A stretch of 64,000 bases of DNA from Candidatus Falkowbacteria bacterium (GTDB taxonomy: Bacteria; Patescibacteriota; Patescibacteriia; Patescibacteriales; UBA12465): contig JBAXLJ010000002.1 of the NCBI GenBank assembly GCA_037134915.1, positions 128,935-192,934 on the forward strand. Direction: 5' to 3'. How positions within the stretch are numbered: the first letter of the stretch is position 1; every line of letters begins with the position of its first letter. Positions 45,826 to 54,935 of the stretch are shown here, one piece after another. Position numbers and translations under genes: made by a program. Below the pieces are notes generated by a model, which was not told the origin of the DNA, made no database searches, and saw only the letters and a list, made by a program, of their open reading frames with translations.

Positions 45826-47178
45826 CTATTTTAGAAAGTTCATCATCAGATGATAATCACGGGCTAATTGATCGACCCTGATTAGTCTTTTGGTAGTGTC
45901 GGCTTCAATTTTGTAGAATTGCACCATCGCTGTTTGGTGAGTGGGGTTGCCATCGTGCCATTCATTCTCCGAATTAGTGGTGAACTTATAGGCATTGGCC
46001 ATTGGTGGGGCGATGGCTTTAACAGCGTTGACGTCGTAACGGAAAAATCCGTAATAACCGAGAATCTCAGTGCGAAAGAGAACTGGTTCGCCAATTTTTT
46101 CCATGGTTTTTACCATATATTCTGGCTCACTATTATCAACTTCATTCCCATTTTTCTGGTATTGAGCAAAATGTTGACTCCCAATATTAACTAGTCGGCA
46201 GAAACCGGCGGAACTATGTTCTGACACTGGTTGCCATAATTTAGACCAATATCTTTTAAGTAACTGGTCGGGGTCTGGTCCGTCATAAATAGTTATATTG
46301 TCACCGCCTCCAGCTTTAATACCGACTAAACGCGTCCCGTCTGACCAGGAATGACAACTAACATCTAAGACTAGACTCTCTTTATTCTCGTGGTGAAGAT
46401 GACACAAGCCGCTGGTGGAAATTAAATGAGCAAGTGCATAACCTTTTTCAATTGGTTGATGCTTGTAGCTGCAATTAGATTCATCTTTAACGCCAATAAT
46501 GTAGGGGTTGGAGTTTTCGGCCCCATATACAAGATGTAACTCGCGCCGATTATCAACAAACCTTTGATGTTTCTCTTCTGGAAAATTGTATTTATTTTCC
46601 GGATCAAGACCAGCTTGTTCGCGGTGCCAAGCTCTGGCTTCGGCAGTGTGCCGTTGTATGTATTCCTGACATTGCGGACCAAAGCGGGCGTTAAGAACGG
46701 GGTCAGAGGCAGCTTGTGTAGCGGTTAATATTTGAATAAAGGGGTACTCATAAAAATACTTACTCAAATACTTTTTAAGGTCCACGATATAGACCTCACC
46801 AAATTTGCCATCTACCAAGTCAAGGAATTCTTTCTCAGTAATCCGGCCGCCACGACGATTTCGACTCTTGTCGTTATATTGCCAGCTGTAGGCCTTTTGA
46901 ATCCCTTCAAGAGTTGCCATTGGGCCGATGCCGTGGGCCACAACTAGAACAAGATTACCGCCACGGCTGTAACCAACATACTCAGCCGTTAGAGTGGTGT
47001 AGTACTTATCCCAGACGCTATCACTGTGTTTAGCTTGTAGTCGCGCTGCCACGATGTCGGGCATAGTCGCGATTCGTCCGTCTTTTTCGGCAAACATCAT
47101 AGCTTGTTGCCAAGCGGCTGTTAGGCCGTCGCGATGGTAAAAAGCCATCGCATTGGGTTCGTTTTTTTCTGTTGTCAT
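45826..47178 (-). CDS. 450-aa hypothetical protein with canonical SD
   Basis: A long uninterrupted ORF with GGAGG (complement of 47187-47191) 8 nt upstream of the ATG. I recognise no domain. Confidence 0.65.
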   Translation of the reverse strand: MTTEKNEPNAMAFYHRDGLTAAWQQAMMFAEKDGRIATMPDIVAARLQAKHSDSVWDKYYTTLTAEYVGYSRGGNLVLVVAHGIGPMATLEGIQKAYSWQYNDKSRNRRGGRITEKEFLDLVDGKFGEVYIVDLKKYLSKYFYEYPFIQILTATQAASDPVLNARFGPQCQEYIQRHTAEARAWHREQAGLDPENKYNFPEEKHQRFVDNRRELHLVYGAENSNPYIIGVKDESNCSYKHQPIEKGYALAHLISTSGLCHLHHENKESLVLDVSCHSWSDGTRLVGIKAGGGDNITIYDGPDPDQLLKRYWSKLWQPVSEHSSAGFCRLVNIGSQHFAQYQKNGNEVDNSEPEYMVKTMEKIGEPVLFRTEILGYYGFFRYDVNAVKAIAPPMANAYKFTTNSENEWHDGNPTHQTAMVQFYKIEADTTKRLIRVDQLARDYHLMMNFLK

Positions 47179-47299
47179 AGAACTGTCCTCCTTCCCATTT
47201 TCTGGGTTTTAGATTCTGTTTGCTGGCAATAGGCCAGGTTTACAGGCTAAATCTAGTATAAAAAATAATAATTGTCAAGTCAGGCTCCTTTTTTAACCA

Positions 47300-47328
47300 T
47301 TGATAAGCCCTTTAAAATCTTTTATACT
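47300..47328 (+). promoter_or_regulatory. candidate sigma-70 promoter for the DUF2779 gene
   Basis: TTGATA (47300-47305), a 17-nt spacer, then TATACT (47323-47328), 28 nt before the ATG. Confidence 0.5.
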
Positions 47329-47355
47329 TATTCCTACTGCTTTAAAAGATGAAAT

Positions 47356-48861
47356 ATGAAATTTATTACTAAAACAATCTATTTACAGTTTATCGCTTGC
47401 CCGAAAAATACTTGGTTGCAACTTAATAAACCGGAACTGGCCGCCAGTTTTGCTTTGTCGGATTTTGAAAAGAGTTTAGTGGCTAAGGGTAATTTAGTAG
47501 AACTTTGGGCCCGTAAATTATTTTCTCAAGGAGTCATGGTTGAAGAGTTTGGTCACCTCGGTCATGAAATTACTCAAAAGCATTTAGCTGAAAAAAGTCC
47601 GGTTATTTTCCAGTCAACTTTTATTAAAGATAACTTTTTTTCTAAGAATGATGTCTTAGAATATGACTCCGCGACTGACAGCTGGAATCTCTACGAAATT
47701 AAAGGCACTAACACGCTAAACGAGAACGAAAATGAAAATCTGGCTGATCATATTGATGACGCCGCTTTTCAGTTAGTTATTTTACAGGATTTGGGTATTA
47801 GGATTAATAAAATTTCAATCTTACATTTAAATCGAGATTATATTCGAGGAGAAGAAATTGAGGTCCGTGACTTATTTTTAGTGGAGGATGTTAGTGAAAC
47901 CGTTAAAGATAGAATTACGCTAACTACTGAAAAAATGAAATTAGCCGCTAGGTTTTTGTCTTATGAAGATGAAAGCGCGCTTGAGTGTCAGTGTTTATAT
48001 CGAGGGCGCAGTAATCATTGTTCTACTTTTAGTTATTCTCACCCGGAGGTGCCGGTTTATTCCGTCCACGATTTATCTCGAATCGGAAATAGCAAAAAGA
48101 AACTGGCTAATTTGGTCGATTCTAATATTTTTAGTCTAGAAGATATTTCTAATCACCATATTTTTTCTAAAACACAGCAGAATCAAATCGCGGTTCATAA
48201 ATCTCAGCTACCTTTAATTGATTTGGAATCAATTAGAAGTGAATTAGCGACGCTCGTTTACCCTCTATATTTTTTAGATTACGAAACTTATCCGGCGGCC
48301 ATTCCGCTCTTTAAAGGTTTTAAACCTTATCAGCAGATTCCGTTTCAATTTTCTTTGCATGTTTTAAGGTCTGAGAATTCCGAATTAGAACATTTTGAAT
48401 ATTTGCAAACGGAAGCTGTCGACCCCTCTTTGGGAATTATCGAGAGTTTAAAAAAGATTATTGGTCCGGTCGGAAGCATTATTGTTTGGAATAAAAAATT
48501 TGAACAGGGAATTAACGCCGCTTTAGCCAAGCGCCACCCAGATGACGCCGCTTTTTTAAATGATATAAACGAAAGAGTTTATGATTTAATTGATATTTTT
48601 CAGAAACAGTTTTACGTGCATCACGGGTTTAAAGGGAAAACCTCTATCAAAAATGTGCTGCCAGTTTTAGTTCCAGATTTAAGTTATAAGAGCTTAGAAA
48701 TACAAAAAGGTGACGTGGCCATGGAGGCTTGGTATGAAATGGTTTTTGGTGACTTAACTCCAGAGGAAAAAACCATAATTTCTAAAAATTTATTAGATTA
48801 TTGCTGCCTAGACACTTACGCGATGTATGCTATTTGGCAGAAATTAAGGGAACTGTTGTAA
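47356..48861 (+). CDS. DUF2779-family protein (N-terminal Cas4/RecB-like nuclease region plus C-terminal DnaQ-like exonuclease region)
   Basis: The N-terminus is KTIYLQFIACPKNTWL. A central Cys cluster is present (CQCLYRGRSNHC). YFLDYETYPAAIP...PYQQIPFQFSLH matches the DUF2779 DxE block. Confidence 0.7.
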   Translation: MKFITKTIYLQFIACPKNTWLQLNKPELAASFALSDFEKSLVAKGNLVELWARKLFSQGVMVEEFGHLGHEITQKHLAEKSPVIFQSTFIKDNFFSKNDVLEYDSATDSWNLYEIKGTNTLNENENENLADHIDDAAFQLVILQDLGIRINKISILHLNRDYIRGEEIEVRDLFLVEDVSETVKDRITLTTEKMKLAARFLSYEDESALECQCLYRGRSNHCSTFSYSHPEVPVYSVHDLSRIGNSKKKLANLVDSNIFSLEDISNHHIFSKTQQNQIAVHKSQLPLIDLESIRSELATLVYPLYFLDYETYPAAIPLFKGFKPYQQIPFQFSLHVLRSENSELEHFEYLQTEAVDPSLGIIESLKKIIGPVGSIIVWNKKFEQGINAALAKRHPDDAAFLNDINERVYDLIDIFQKQFYVHHGFKGKTSIKNVLPVLVPDLSYKSLEIQKGDVAMEAWYEMVFGDLTPEEKTIISKNLLDYCCLDTYAMYAIWQKLRELL

Positions 48862-48955
48862 CTCTGTTTACAGTTGACAAAATTAGGTTAATAATGCTAT
48901 ATTTTTCGGTTATATCAGAACTTTAAGAATTAAATATTTACCATAAATTTACAAG

Positions 48956-50026
48956 ATGAAACAAACCTTAGTTTTTTTGTTATGTTTTCTGGCCTGGTTT
49001 CAGACAGAAACCTTCGGTCGTAGTGTCGGTGGTGGCGCCCGTGCCGGGGCTCGTATTAGTTCTGGAGCTCGCAGTGCCAGCCTGGGTGCTCGAGCTGGCA
49101 GTAGAAATGCCGCTAGAATTAGTGGCGGTGCTAAAGGCATCAGAAGTTTTAGTAAAACGACCACTCCAAAATCAATTAGTCGCTATGTCGGTAAACCTTT
49201 TACTAAACCAAAAACGATTAGCACTTCAATCGGTGGACGTCGGTCAGTCAGTTACACTTACACTAGACCCGTCGTTTTTCACAATCCTTATCTGACCTAC
49301 TATTTACTGATGAATGCTAATCATTCTGGTCTTCATGACAGCTTGCGGGTTGATACCACGGCTTTTCCCGGTTTTGGTAAGGGGAAATCTGGTGGAGCCG
49401 GGGCTTCGCTGACTTTTGCTGATTCTCTTAAGAAGTCAACTGTCAAAGACACTTTGGAAATTTCCGAGCTTCTACCGATTAATTATTTGTCTGATTATGC
49501 CGGAATTGTACCCGATCAAGATGAGGCCAAAATTAATTACCTAATCCGTCATTATAAAAAACTGACTGGCGTCGAAATGGCCGTTTTAACTATTCCCACT
49601 CTGGGTGATGAAATTGATTTAGTAGATTACGCCCAGGTTTTGTTTGATAAGTGGGGTATTGGTGAAGCCGGTGTTAATAATGGGGTGTTAATTATTATTT
49701 CCTCGGAAGATGAAATTTTAAGAATTCAACCCGGTTATGGTTTGGAAGAATTTCTACCTGATGCTACCTGTCGTGAGATTGAAGATAATATTACGATGCC
49801 TTTTTGCAGGGAGAAACAATGGGAAAAAGCCATTACCATGACAGTTAGTGGTCTTACTCAGCGTTTAGGTGATAAGCCAGTGGAAATTATGAAGGCCGAA
49901 TTAGCCGCTAAACAAAAAAAGGAGGATGAAGAAATGAAGAATGACCTTTCTATCTGTTTAAAAGTGATAGCTAGTTTGGGCTTTATCTTTTTAATCTGGT
50001 TGTTTATTATTAAAAGAAGATATTAG
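48956..50026 (+). CDS. TPM-domain (YgcG-like) membrane protein with Arg/Gly/Ala/Ser-rich N-terminal low-complexity region
   Basis: It has a signal peptide. The TPM block is YAGIVPDQDEAKINYLIR...TGVEMAVLTIP...FDKWGIGEAGVNNGVLIIIS...RIQPGYGLE. A C-terminal TM helix follows. Confidence 0.7.
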   Translation: MKQTLVFLLCFLAWFQTETFGRSVGGGARAGARISSGARSASLGARAGSRNAARISGGAKGIRSFSKTTTPKSISRYVGKPFTKPKTISTSIGGRRSVSYTYTRPVVFHNPYLTYYLLMNANHSGLHDSLRVDTTAFPGFGKGKSGGAGASLTFADSLKKSTVKDTLEISELLPINYLSDYAGIVPDQDEAKINYLIRHYKKLTGVEMAVLTIPTLGDEIDLVDYAQVLFDKWGIGEAGVNNGVLIIISSEDEILRIQPGYGLEEFLPDATCREIEDNITMPFCREKQWEKAITMTVSGLTQRLGDKPVEIMKAELAAKQKKEDEEMKNDLSICLKVIASLGFIFLIWLFIIKRRY

Positions 50027-50049
50027 TTTAACCTTTAAAATTTAAAATC

Positions 50050-50409
50050 ATGCCAATTCTTACTGTTTATGGAATTTCGAAGCAAATGGAACATCAGCTC
50101 GATAGATTTGCTGATCTGCTTATTAAGGCGGTAATTAGTATTGAAGAATTAAACCTCAGGGCATCCGATGTTTCTTGTTTTTTTCCGGCCTCTAAAATCT
50201 CGACTCCGGGTGACCAAATAATTATTTTTGTTGATGGCTTATTTGAAAAGCCAGAAAGAACACCAGAAGTCAGAGCAAAACTAGCGGCCGTGATTGTTAG
50301 TATCACCGCGGATCATTTTTCGGATGGTTTTTATCGAAAAGTAGAGCTGATTGAATGTTTTATTCGACCCTTTAATCCGGAAAACGGCTTTGCTACTTTA
50401 AAAGGATAA
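50050..50409 (+). CDS. hypothetical protein, possibly tautomerase-superfamily (DUF1904-like)
   Basis: 119 aa beginning MPILTVYG (Pro-1 after Met removal). The length and beta-alpha-beta pattern resemble DUF1904. This is weak. Confidence 0.4.
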   Translation: MPILTVYGISKQMEHQLDRFADLLIKAVISIEELNLRASDVSCFFPASKISTPGDQIIIFVDGLFEKPERTPEVRAKLAAVIVSITADHFSDGFYRKVELIECFIRPFNPENGFATLKG

Positions 50410-50429
50410 AAGCATAACGCTTAAATTTG

Positions 50430-50461
50430 AAGACGGGTTGACTCAAGTCACCCGTCTTTTT
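50430..50461 (+). terminator. rho-independent terminator
   Basis: AAGACGGGTTGAC / GTCACCCGTCTT stem (one bulge) with loop TCAA, followed by TTTTT. Confidence 0.75.
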
Positions 50462-50526
50462 CTATTTAAGACTTTTAGGCTATAATAGGAAATGAGCTAA
50501 ATTAGCCGAAACTAACTTACAAAAAT

Positions 50527-50805
50527 ATGCCTAAACGGGTTATTAAGAAAGTCTTGCCTGATTATTTTCAGGATATCTTAGATGGTCAGAAAAAATATGA
50601 ACTGCGGTTAAATAACTTTGAAATTGAGCCGGGTGATATTTTGGTATTAGAGGAATACACTTCCGCTGATCCTAAAACCCGACAGGCCACCGGCCGAGTT
50701 TTGGAGAAAACCGTGACTTATTTATGGAAATTTAAGCTTCAAGATTTATGGTGGAGTGAAGAAGATTTAAAAGAGAAAGGCTTACAAATAATTTCCTTTG
50801 ATTAA
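50527..50805 (+). CDS. ASCH-like DUF3850 domain protein
   Basis: YFQDILDGQKKYELRLNNFEIEPGDILVLEEY matches the DUF3850/ASCH beta-barrel pattern. Confidence 0.6.
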   Translation: MPKRVIKKVLPDYFQDILDGQKKYELRLNNFEIEPGDILVLEEYTSADPKTRQATGRVLEKTVTYLWKFKLQDLWWSEEDLKEKGLQIISFD

Positions 50806-50819
50806 GAGAAAAACAATTT

Positions 50820-51299
50820 ATGAATAACGAGATTTATCAAACCGATAATTTTATTGTTGAGGCTCATCCGGCGCCTTTTATTCCGAGAACTGAGGGCGGA
50901 CATATTCGCATCAAGGTTAAAGATGCTTCTATTATGGAGCGCACTCAGTTATCACCAAAGATGGCAATTGAACTTATGCGACTAACCATGGTCACTGGTT
51001 TAGCTTTTCAAAACGCCATGAACAAACTCGGGATCGCCGTAATTAAGATTAATTACCAAGATATGGGTAATTGGGCTTATAAAGAAGGGAAGCTGCCGTT
51101 TCTTCATATCCATGTTTTTGGGCGCACGGCCACAGCCATTAAACAGCCTTGGCCGGAGAGTATGTATCTGCCGGACCGAAAGACTGGTTTTTACGAAGGT
51201 TTTGAACCTTTAAACGGCGCTGATATTTTGGCCATCAGAGCGGAGATGGAAAACGTTTTTAAACAAGATAAATATAAAAATCGGAGCTGGTATTTATAA
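50820..51299 (+). CDS. HIT-like nucleotide hydrolase/transferase family protein
   Basis: 159 aa. The histidine motif LHIHVFGR is of the HIT type (H-x-H-x-hydrophobic). Confidence 0.5.
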   Translation: MNNEIYQTDNFIVEAHPAPFIPRTEGGHIRIKVKDASIMERTQLSPKMAIELMRLTMVTGLAFQNAMNKLGIAVIKINYQDMGNWAYKEGKLPFLHIHVFGRTATAIKQPWPESMYLPDRKTGFYEGFEPLNGADILAIRAEMENVFKQDKYKNRSWYL

Positions 51300-51310
51300 T
51301 CGCTTCAACT

Positions 51311-51338
51311 AGACTTGCCTTAAGGCAAGTCTTTTTTT
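51311..51338 (+). terminator. rho-independent terminator
   Basis: AGACTTGCC / GGCAAGTCT is a perfect 9-bp stem with loop TTAA, followed by T7. Confidence 0.8.
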
Positions 51339-51346
51339 AACGGCCG

Positions 51347-51375
51347 TTGACTATGATTATAAAATGTTATACAAT
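51347..51375 (+). promoter_or_regulatory. candidate sigma-70 promoter for the AbrB-HlyD-MFS operon
   Basis: TTGACT (51347-51352), a 17-nt spacer, then TACAAT (51370-51375). Confidence 0.5.
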
Positions 51376-51419
51376 ATAGATTCCTAAAATTCCTACTTGT
51401 AGGATAATAATATAATAAT

Positions 51420-51653
51420 ATGAAGAATTTTGGTAAATTTTTTGGCTCAACCACAATTGGTAAAAAGGGCCAAGTAGTGATTCCGATGGAAACACGAAAA
51501 GAAATGTCTTGGGCAGACGGCGATAAATTGCTGGTCTTTGGGCTGGATAATGGCATGGTGGTTTTAACTAAATTAGACCAAGTAAAAGACTTGGCGGTTA
51601 GATTAGAAGAGAAGGTAAAAGCAGTTAAGCAATATATTAAAAAAGCAAAATAA
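51420..51653 (+). CDS. AbrB/MazE/SpoVT-family DNA-binding protein
   Basis: TTIGKKGQVVIPMETRKEMSWADGDKLLVF is the swapped-hairpin SpoVT-AbrB motif. Confidence 0.7.
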   Translation: MKNFGKFFGSTTIGKKGQVVIPMETRKEMSWADGDKLLVFGLDNGMVVLTKLDQVKDLAVRLEEKVKAVKQYIKKAK

Positions 51654-51657
51654 TCTT

Positions 51658-52329
51658 ATGGAAAATCAAGTTGAAGAAATAAAGACCGATGTTAAAAAAC
51701 CGGAAAATATTTTAACTCGTTTGAAAATTAGTCCCAAAATGATTAAAGAGGGGTTAATTATTTTAGTGGTGTTAGGCATTTCTCTCGGTGCTTATTATTG
51801 GTACACCATTAGTCAACGAGTCTATAGCGATAAAGCGGAGATTTTTGCACCGCTGATTATCTTAAGCCCCGACCAACCTAGTGTTTTACAAAAAATCTTG
51901 GTTAAAAATGGCGAACATGTTGTCGTTAATCAAGCGGTGGCTAAAGTTGATCAAGGTGATTTTGTGCGCGCGAAAACCGATGGAATTGTTGTTAATACTA
52001 ATGATCAGGTGGGTAAACTTTTTTCTCCAGGCGAACCGGTGGTGACCATGATTAATCCTGATGATTTGCGACTAATTGTTCATGTGGCCGAGAACAAAGG
52101 TTTAAATTCGATTGCGGTCGGACAAAAAGTTTTGTTCACGGTTGATGCTTATGACTCCAAGGAATTTAGTGGGGGTGTAGAAGAGATTTCGCAAACCTCA
52201 GATCAGTCATCGGTTGTCTTTTCAATTTCTGACAAAAGAGATGAAAAGAATTTTTCCATTAAAGTGAAATATAGTGGCTACCCGGAACTTCTAAACGGAA
52301 TGTCCGCTAAGGCCTGGATTTATAGATAA
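51658..52329 (+). CDS. HlyD/EmrA-like membrane fusion (periplasmic adaptor) protein, short form
   Basis: It has an N-terminal TM helix and lipoyl-like hairpin halves (VLQKILVKNGEHVVVNQAVAKV ... GIVVN). It is followed directly by an EmrB-type MFS gene. Confidence 0.55.
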   Translation: MENQVEEIKTDVKKPENILTRLKISPKMIKEGLIILVVLGISLGAYYWYTISQRVYSDKAEIFAPLIILSPDQPSVLQKILVKNGEHVVVNQAVAKVDQGDFVRAKTDGIVVNTNDQVGKLFSPGEPVVTMINPDDLRLIVHVAENKGLNSIAVGQKVLFTVDAYDSKEFSGGVEEISQTSDQSSVVFSISDKRDEKNFSIKVKYSGYPELLNGMSAKAWIYR

Positions 52330-52331
52330 AT

Positions 52332-53819
52332 ATGCCAGAATCAAAACCCGTTAAAGATTATAAATGGTGGATTTTAATTACCGTTATTGTCGGGACTTTT
52401 TTGGGGCGCTTAGATCAAACTATTGTTAATTTGGCGCTACCCAAAATTATCCAAGATTTTGGTATCACGGTTTCTTCAGCTGGTTGGATTGCCACCGCCT
52501 ATATTTTAGCTAATGCTATTTTTGTGCCGATTTGGGGTAAATTAGGTGACACTATTGGCCGTAAAAAAGTTTATATTTTAGGTTTTTTAATCTTTATTTT
52601 AGGTTCGGTTCTAGCTGGTCTATCTTGGAATTTAAGTTCCATGATTGTTTTTCGTATCATCCAAGCCATTGCTGGTTCGGCCGATTACCCAACAGCGATG
52701 GCTATTATTGCTGTGACTTTTCCGGCCGGTAAACCACGGACTCAAGCTTTAGGTCTGTGGTCAGCTTCCTTTGCCGCTGCCGCGGTTTTTGGACCCTTAA
52801 TTGGTGGGCCGCTGATTGATAATTTTAGCTGGCGTTCCGTTTTTTTAATTAATTTACCTATTGGTATTATCGGTTTAGTCATGGCTTTAGTTTATATTAA
52901 AGAATCTGTCTCGGATAAGAAAACCGCTATCTTCGATTGGTGGGGTGCTATTACTTTAGGGGTAATGCTCTCCGCCTTAGTTTTAGTTTTAGACAAAGGT
53001 TTAGATTGGGGTTGGTTATCTTTAAATAGTTTCTTGGCTTATGCCACCATGATAATTTTTGCCTTTATTTTTTACCGGGTTGAGAAAGATATAGCTGAGC
53101 CAATTATTGATTTTAAATTTTTTAAGATGCCGACTTTCGTTAATACTTTAGTTAATAATTTCGTGGTCTTTATGGGGATGATGGGCGGTATTTTTTTAAT
53201 CCCCGTTTTTGCCTCCACTTATCTAGGCTTAGACGCCACCCACACCGGCTTATTATTTATGCCGATGGCGGCCATGATGATGATTTTTTCGCCTTTGGGC
53301 GGTAGTTTCGCCGGTAAGGTGCAGCCGCGTTATATTATTGCTATTAGCACCTTAGTCGCGGCCTTAGGTTTATATTTATTTTCTTATCTAGATCCCAAAT
53401 CTACAATCTGGGATATTATTTTCCCTCTAAGTATTATGGCGGCCGGTTTAGGCTTTGGTATGGCGCAGCGCACCAGTTTAATTGCCTCCATTGTTCCTGA
53501 AAATGAGGTGGGTATTGCCTCGTCAGTTTTGGCCCTAGTTAGAAATATTGCCGGGGCCTTTGGAATCGCGCTGTTTGGCACCATCTTAACTAACGCTACG
53601 GAAAATAATGCTTTTAGTCTGGCCCATAACAGTGTTTTGCGCTCCACTAATCCGGCAGTAATTGGTCAATTTATTTCTCTTATAACCTTAAAGGCTCAAG
53701 TCTTGGCTTACTCCACCGTTTTTCAAATTGCTTCCGTAGTGGTTTTAATCGGGGCCGGTTTAGCTCTATTTATTCGGGTCGAAGTTAAGAAGGGAGCGGA
53801 AACTATTTTTATTGATTAG
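52332..53819 (+). CDS. MFS transporter, DHA2 (EmrB/QacA, 14-TM) family
   Basis: 495 aa. LDQTIVNLALP, GKLGDTIGRKKV and about 14 hydrophobic segments are present. Confidence 0.85.
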   Translation: MPESKPVKDYKWWILITVIVGTFLGRLDQTIVNLALPKIIQDFGITVSSAGWIATAYILANAIFVPIWGKLGDTIGRKKVYILGFLIFILGSVLAGLSWNLSSMIVFRIIQAIAGSADYPTAMAIIAVTFPAGKPRTQALGLWSASFAAAAVFGPLIGGPLIDNFSWRSVFLINLPIGIIGLVMALVYIKESVSDKKTAIFDWWGAITLGVMLSALVLVLDKGLDWGWLSLNSFLAYATMIIFAFIFYRVEKDIAEPIIDFKFFKMPTFVNTLVNNFVVFMGMMGGIFLIPVFASTYLGLDATHTGLLFMPMAAMMMIFSPLGGSFAGKVQPRYIIAISTLVAALGLYLFSYLDPKSTIWDIIFPLSIMAAGLGFGMAQRTSLIASIVPENEVGIASSVLALVRNIAGAFGIALFGTILTNATENNAFSLAHNSVLRSTNPAVIGQFISLITLKAQVLAYSTVFQIASVVVLIGAGLALFIRVEVKKGAETIFID

Positions 53820-53898
53820 TATCATTTACTAAAGACGTTCTTTATGATATAATGCTTGGTTAGTAATCATTCTTTAACAACTAAAAATATCCGGGACT

Positions 53899-54144
53899 AT
53901 GAAAAAAAATCTGGAAAAAATAAACACTTTTTTAATTAAAAGAGTTCGACTGCTTCTTAAAAGGAAATTTAATTTGACCCAGATATCACTCACTTATCAA
54001 ACCGATGATCCAGCGAAAAGGGAAATTGAGGAGGGGGTATTTGAGGCTCAAATTAAGGCTAAAGAAGCTTTGGGCTATGTCAAAGATGGTCGGCCTTACG
54101 TTAACGAATTCTCTAAAGTCCAAATTATGAAGCGACGCTTATGA
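53899..54144 (+). CDS. hypothetical protein
   Basis: 81-aa basic ORF. I recognise no motif. Confidence 0.4.
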   Translation: MKKNLEKINTFLIKRVRLLLKRKFNLTQISLTYQTDDPAKREIEEGVFEAQIKAKEALGYVKDGRPYVNEFSKVQIMKRRL

Positions 54145-54224
54145 AAATAGAGGGGCCACTTAAGTCGGCGGCTCTTTTTATTGGCTTATTTGACAATTAA
54201 ATTTCAAAGTATTAGTATCTTACT

Positions 54225-54363
54225 AAAGGATGAAAGACCGAACACGTTCTTAGACATGCTGTTTGCTTGCCGTTAAAAATTGATAGCCTAAAAATTATCC
54301 CCCGGCGAGTCTAGCCACCAGTTTTGTAAAATGAAATATTTTATAAAGTTGGTGGCTTTTTTA
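54225..54363 (+). ncRNA. candidate small structured RNA (promoter-to-terminator unit without an ORF)
   Basis: The promoter is TTGACA (54190-54195), a 17-nt spacer, then TAGTAT (54213-54218). Internal pairing joins CTTGCCG with CGGCGAG. A terminal hairpin AGCCACCAG (54313-54321) / TTGGTGGCT (54349-54357) is followed by a T-run. The longest ORF inside is 6 codons. The ends are approximate. Confidence 0.3.
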
Positions 54364-54418
54364 TTTTATTAAAGCGGTTTTTGGTGTATAATGGTAAGTA
54401 AATTAATTTAATAATCAT

Positions 54419-54895
54419 ATGAATAATTTCTATAATTTTGAAGCCGAAAATATTAAAGGTGAGCGAGTTAAGATGTCTGATTATCAAGGCAAAATGGTGC
54501 TAGTAGTTAATGTGGCTAGTCATTGTGGTTTTACGCCACAATATGCGGGGCTTGAAAAACTTTATCAGGATTACAAAGACCAGGGACTGATAATTTTGGC
54601 TTTTCCGTGTAACCAATTTGCCGGGCAAGAGCCAGGTGAGGCGGCGGAAATTATGTCTTTTTGCCAGCTAAACTACGGCGTTACTTTTCCGATTTTTAGC
54701 AAGATAAAGGTTAATGGTAAAGAGGCTCATCCGCTCTATAATTATCTTAAAAGTGAGTTGCCAGATATTTTAGGCGCGCGCATCAAATGGAATTTTACTA
54801 AATTTTTAATTGATCGTCAGGGGCGACCGCTAAAACGTTTCTCTCCGCAAGATACTCCGGAAATGATTACCAAATACCTACAGAAAATAATTTAA
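54419..54895 (+). CDS. gpx: glutathione peroxidase-family thiol peroxidase (Cys-type)
   Basis: [25 protein letters not shown] and WNFTKFLI are the three GPx signature blocks. Confidence 0.9.
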   Translation: MNNFYNFEAENIKGERVKMSDYQGKMVLVVNVASHCGFTPQYAGLEKLYQDYKDQGLIILAFPCNQFAGQEPGEAAEIMSFCQLNYGVTFPIFSKIKVNGKEAHPLYNYLKSELPDILGARIKWNFTKFLIDRQGRPLKRFSPQDTPEMITKYLQKII

Positions 54896-54901
54896 AGATT
54901 T

Positions 54902-54935
54902 AAAAAAAGGCCCGAGATTTTTCTCGGGCCGGTTT
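54902..54935. terminator. bidirectional terminator between convergent gpx and MFS genes
   Basis: GGCCCGAGA / TCTCGGGCC is a perfect 9-bp stem, flanked by A7 upstream and T5 downstream. Confidence 0.8.

Noticed and set aside
45621-45881. 86-aa plus-strand ORF
   Set aside because: It spans two rho-independent terminators and the 3' end of the convergent 450-aa gene, so it is not credible as a gene.
51320-51556. 78-aa minus-strand ORF
   Set aside because: It covers the promoter region and is antisense to the AbrB-family gene, which has a clear domain signature.
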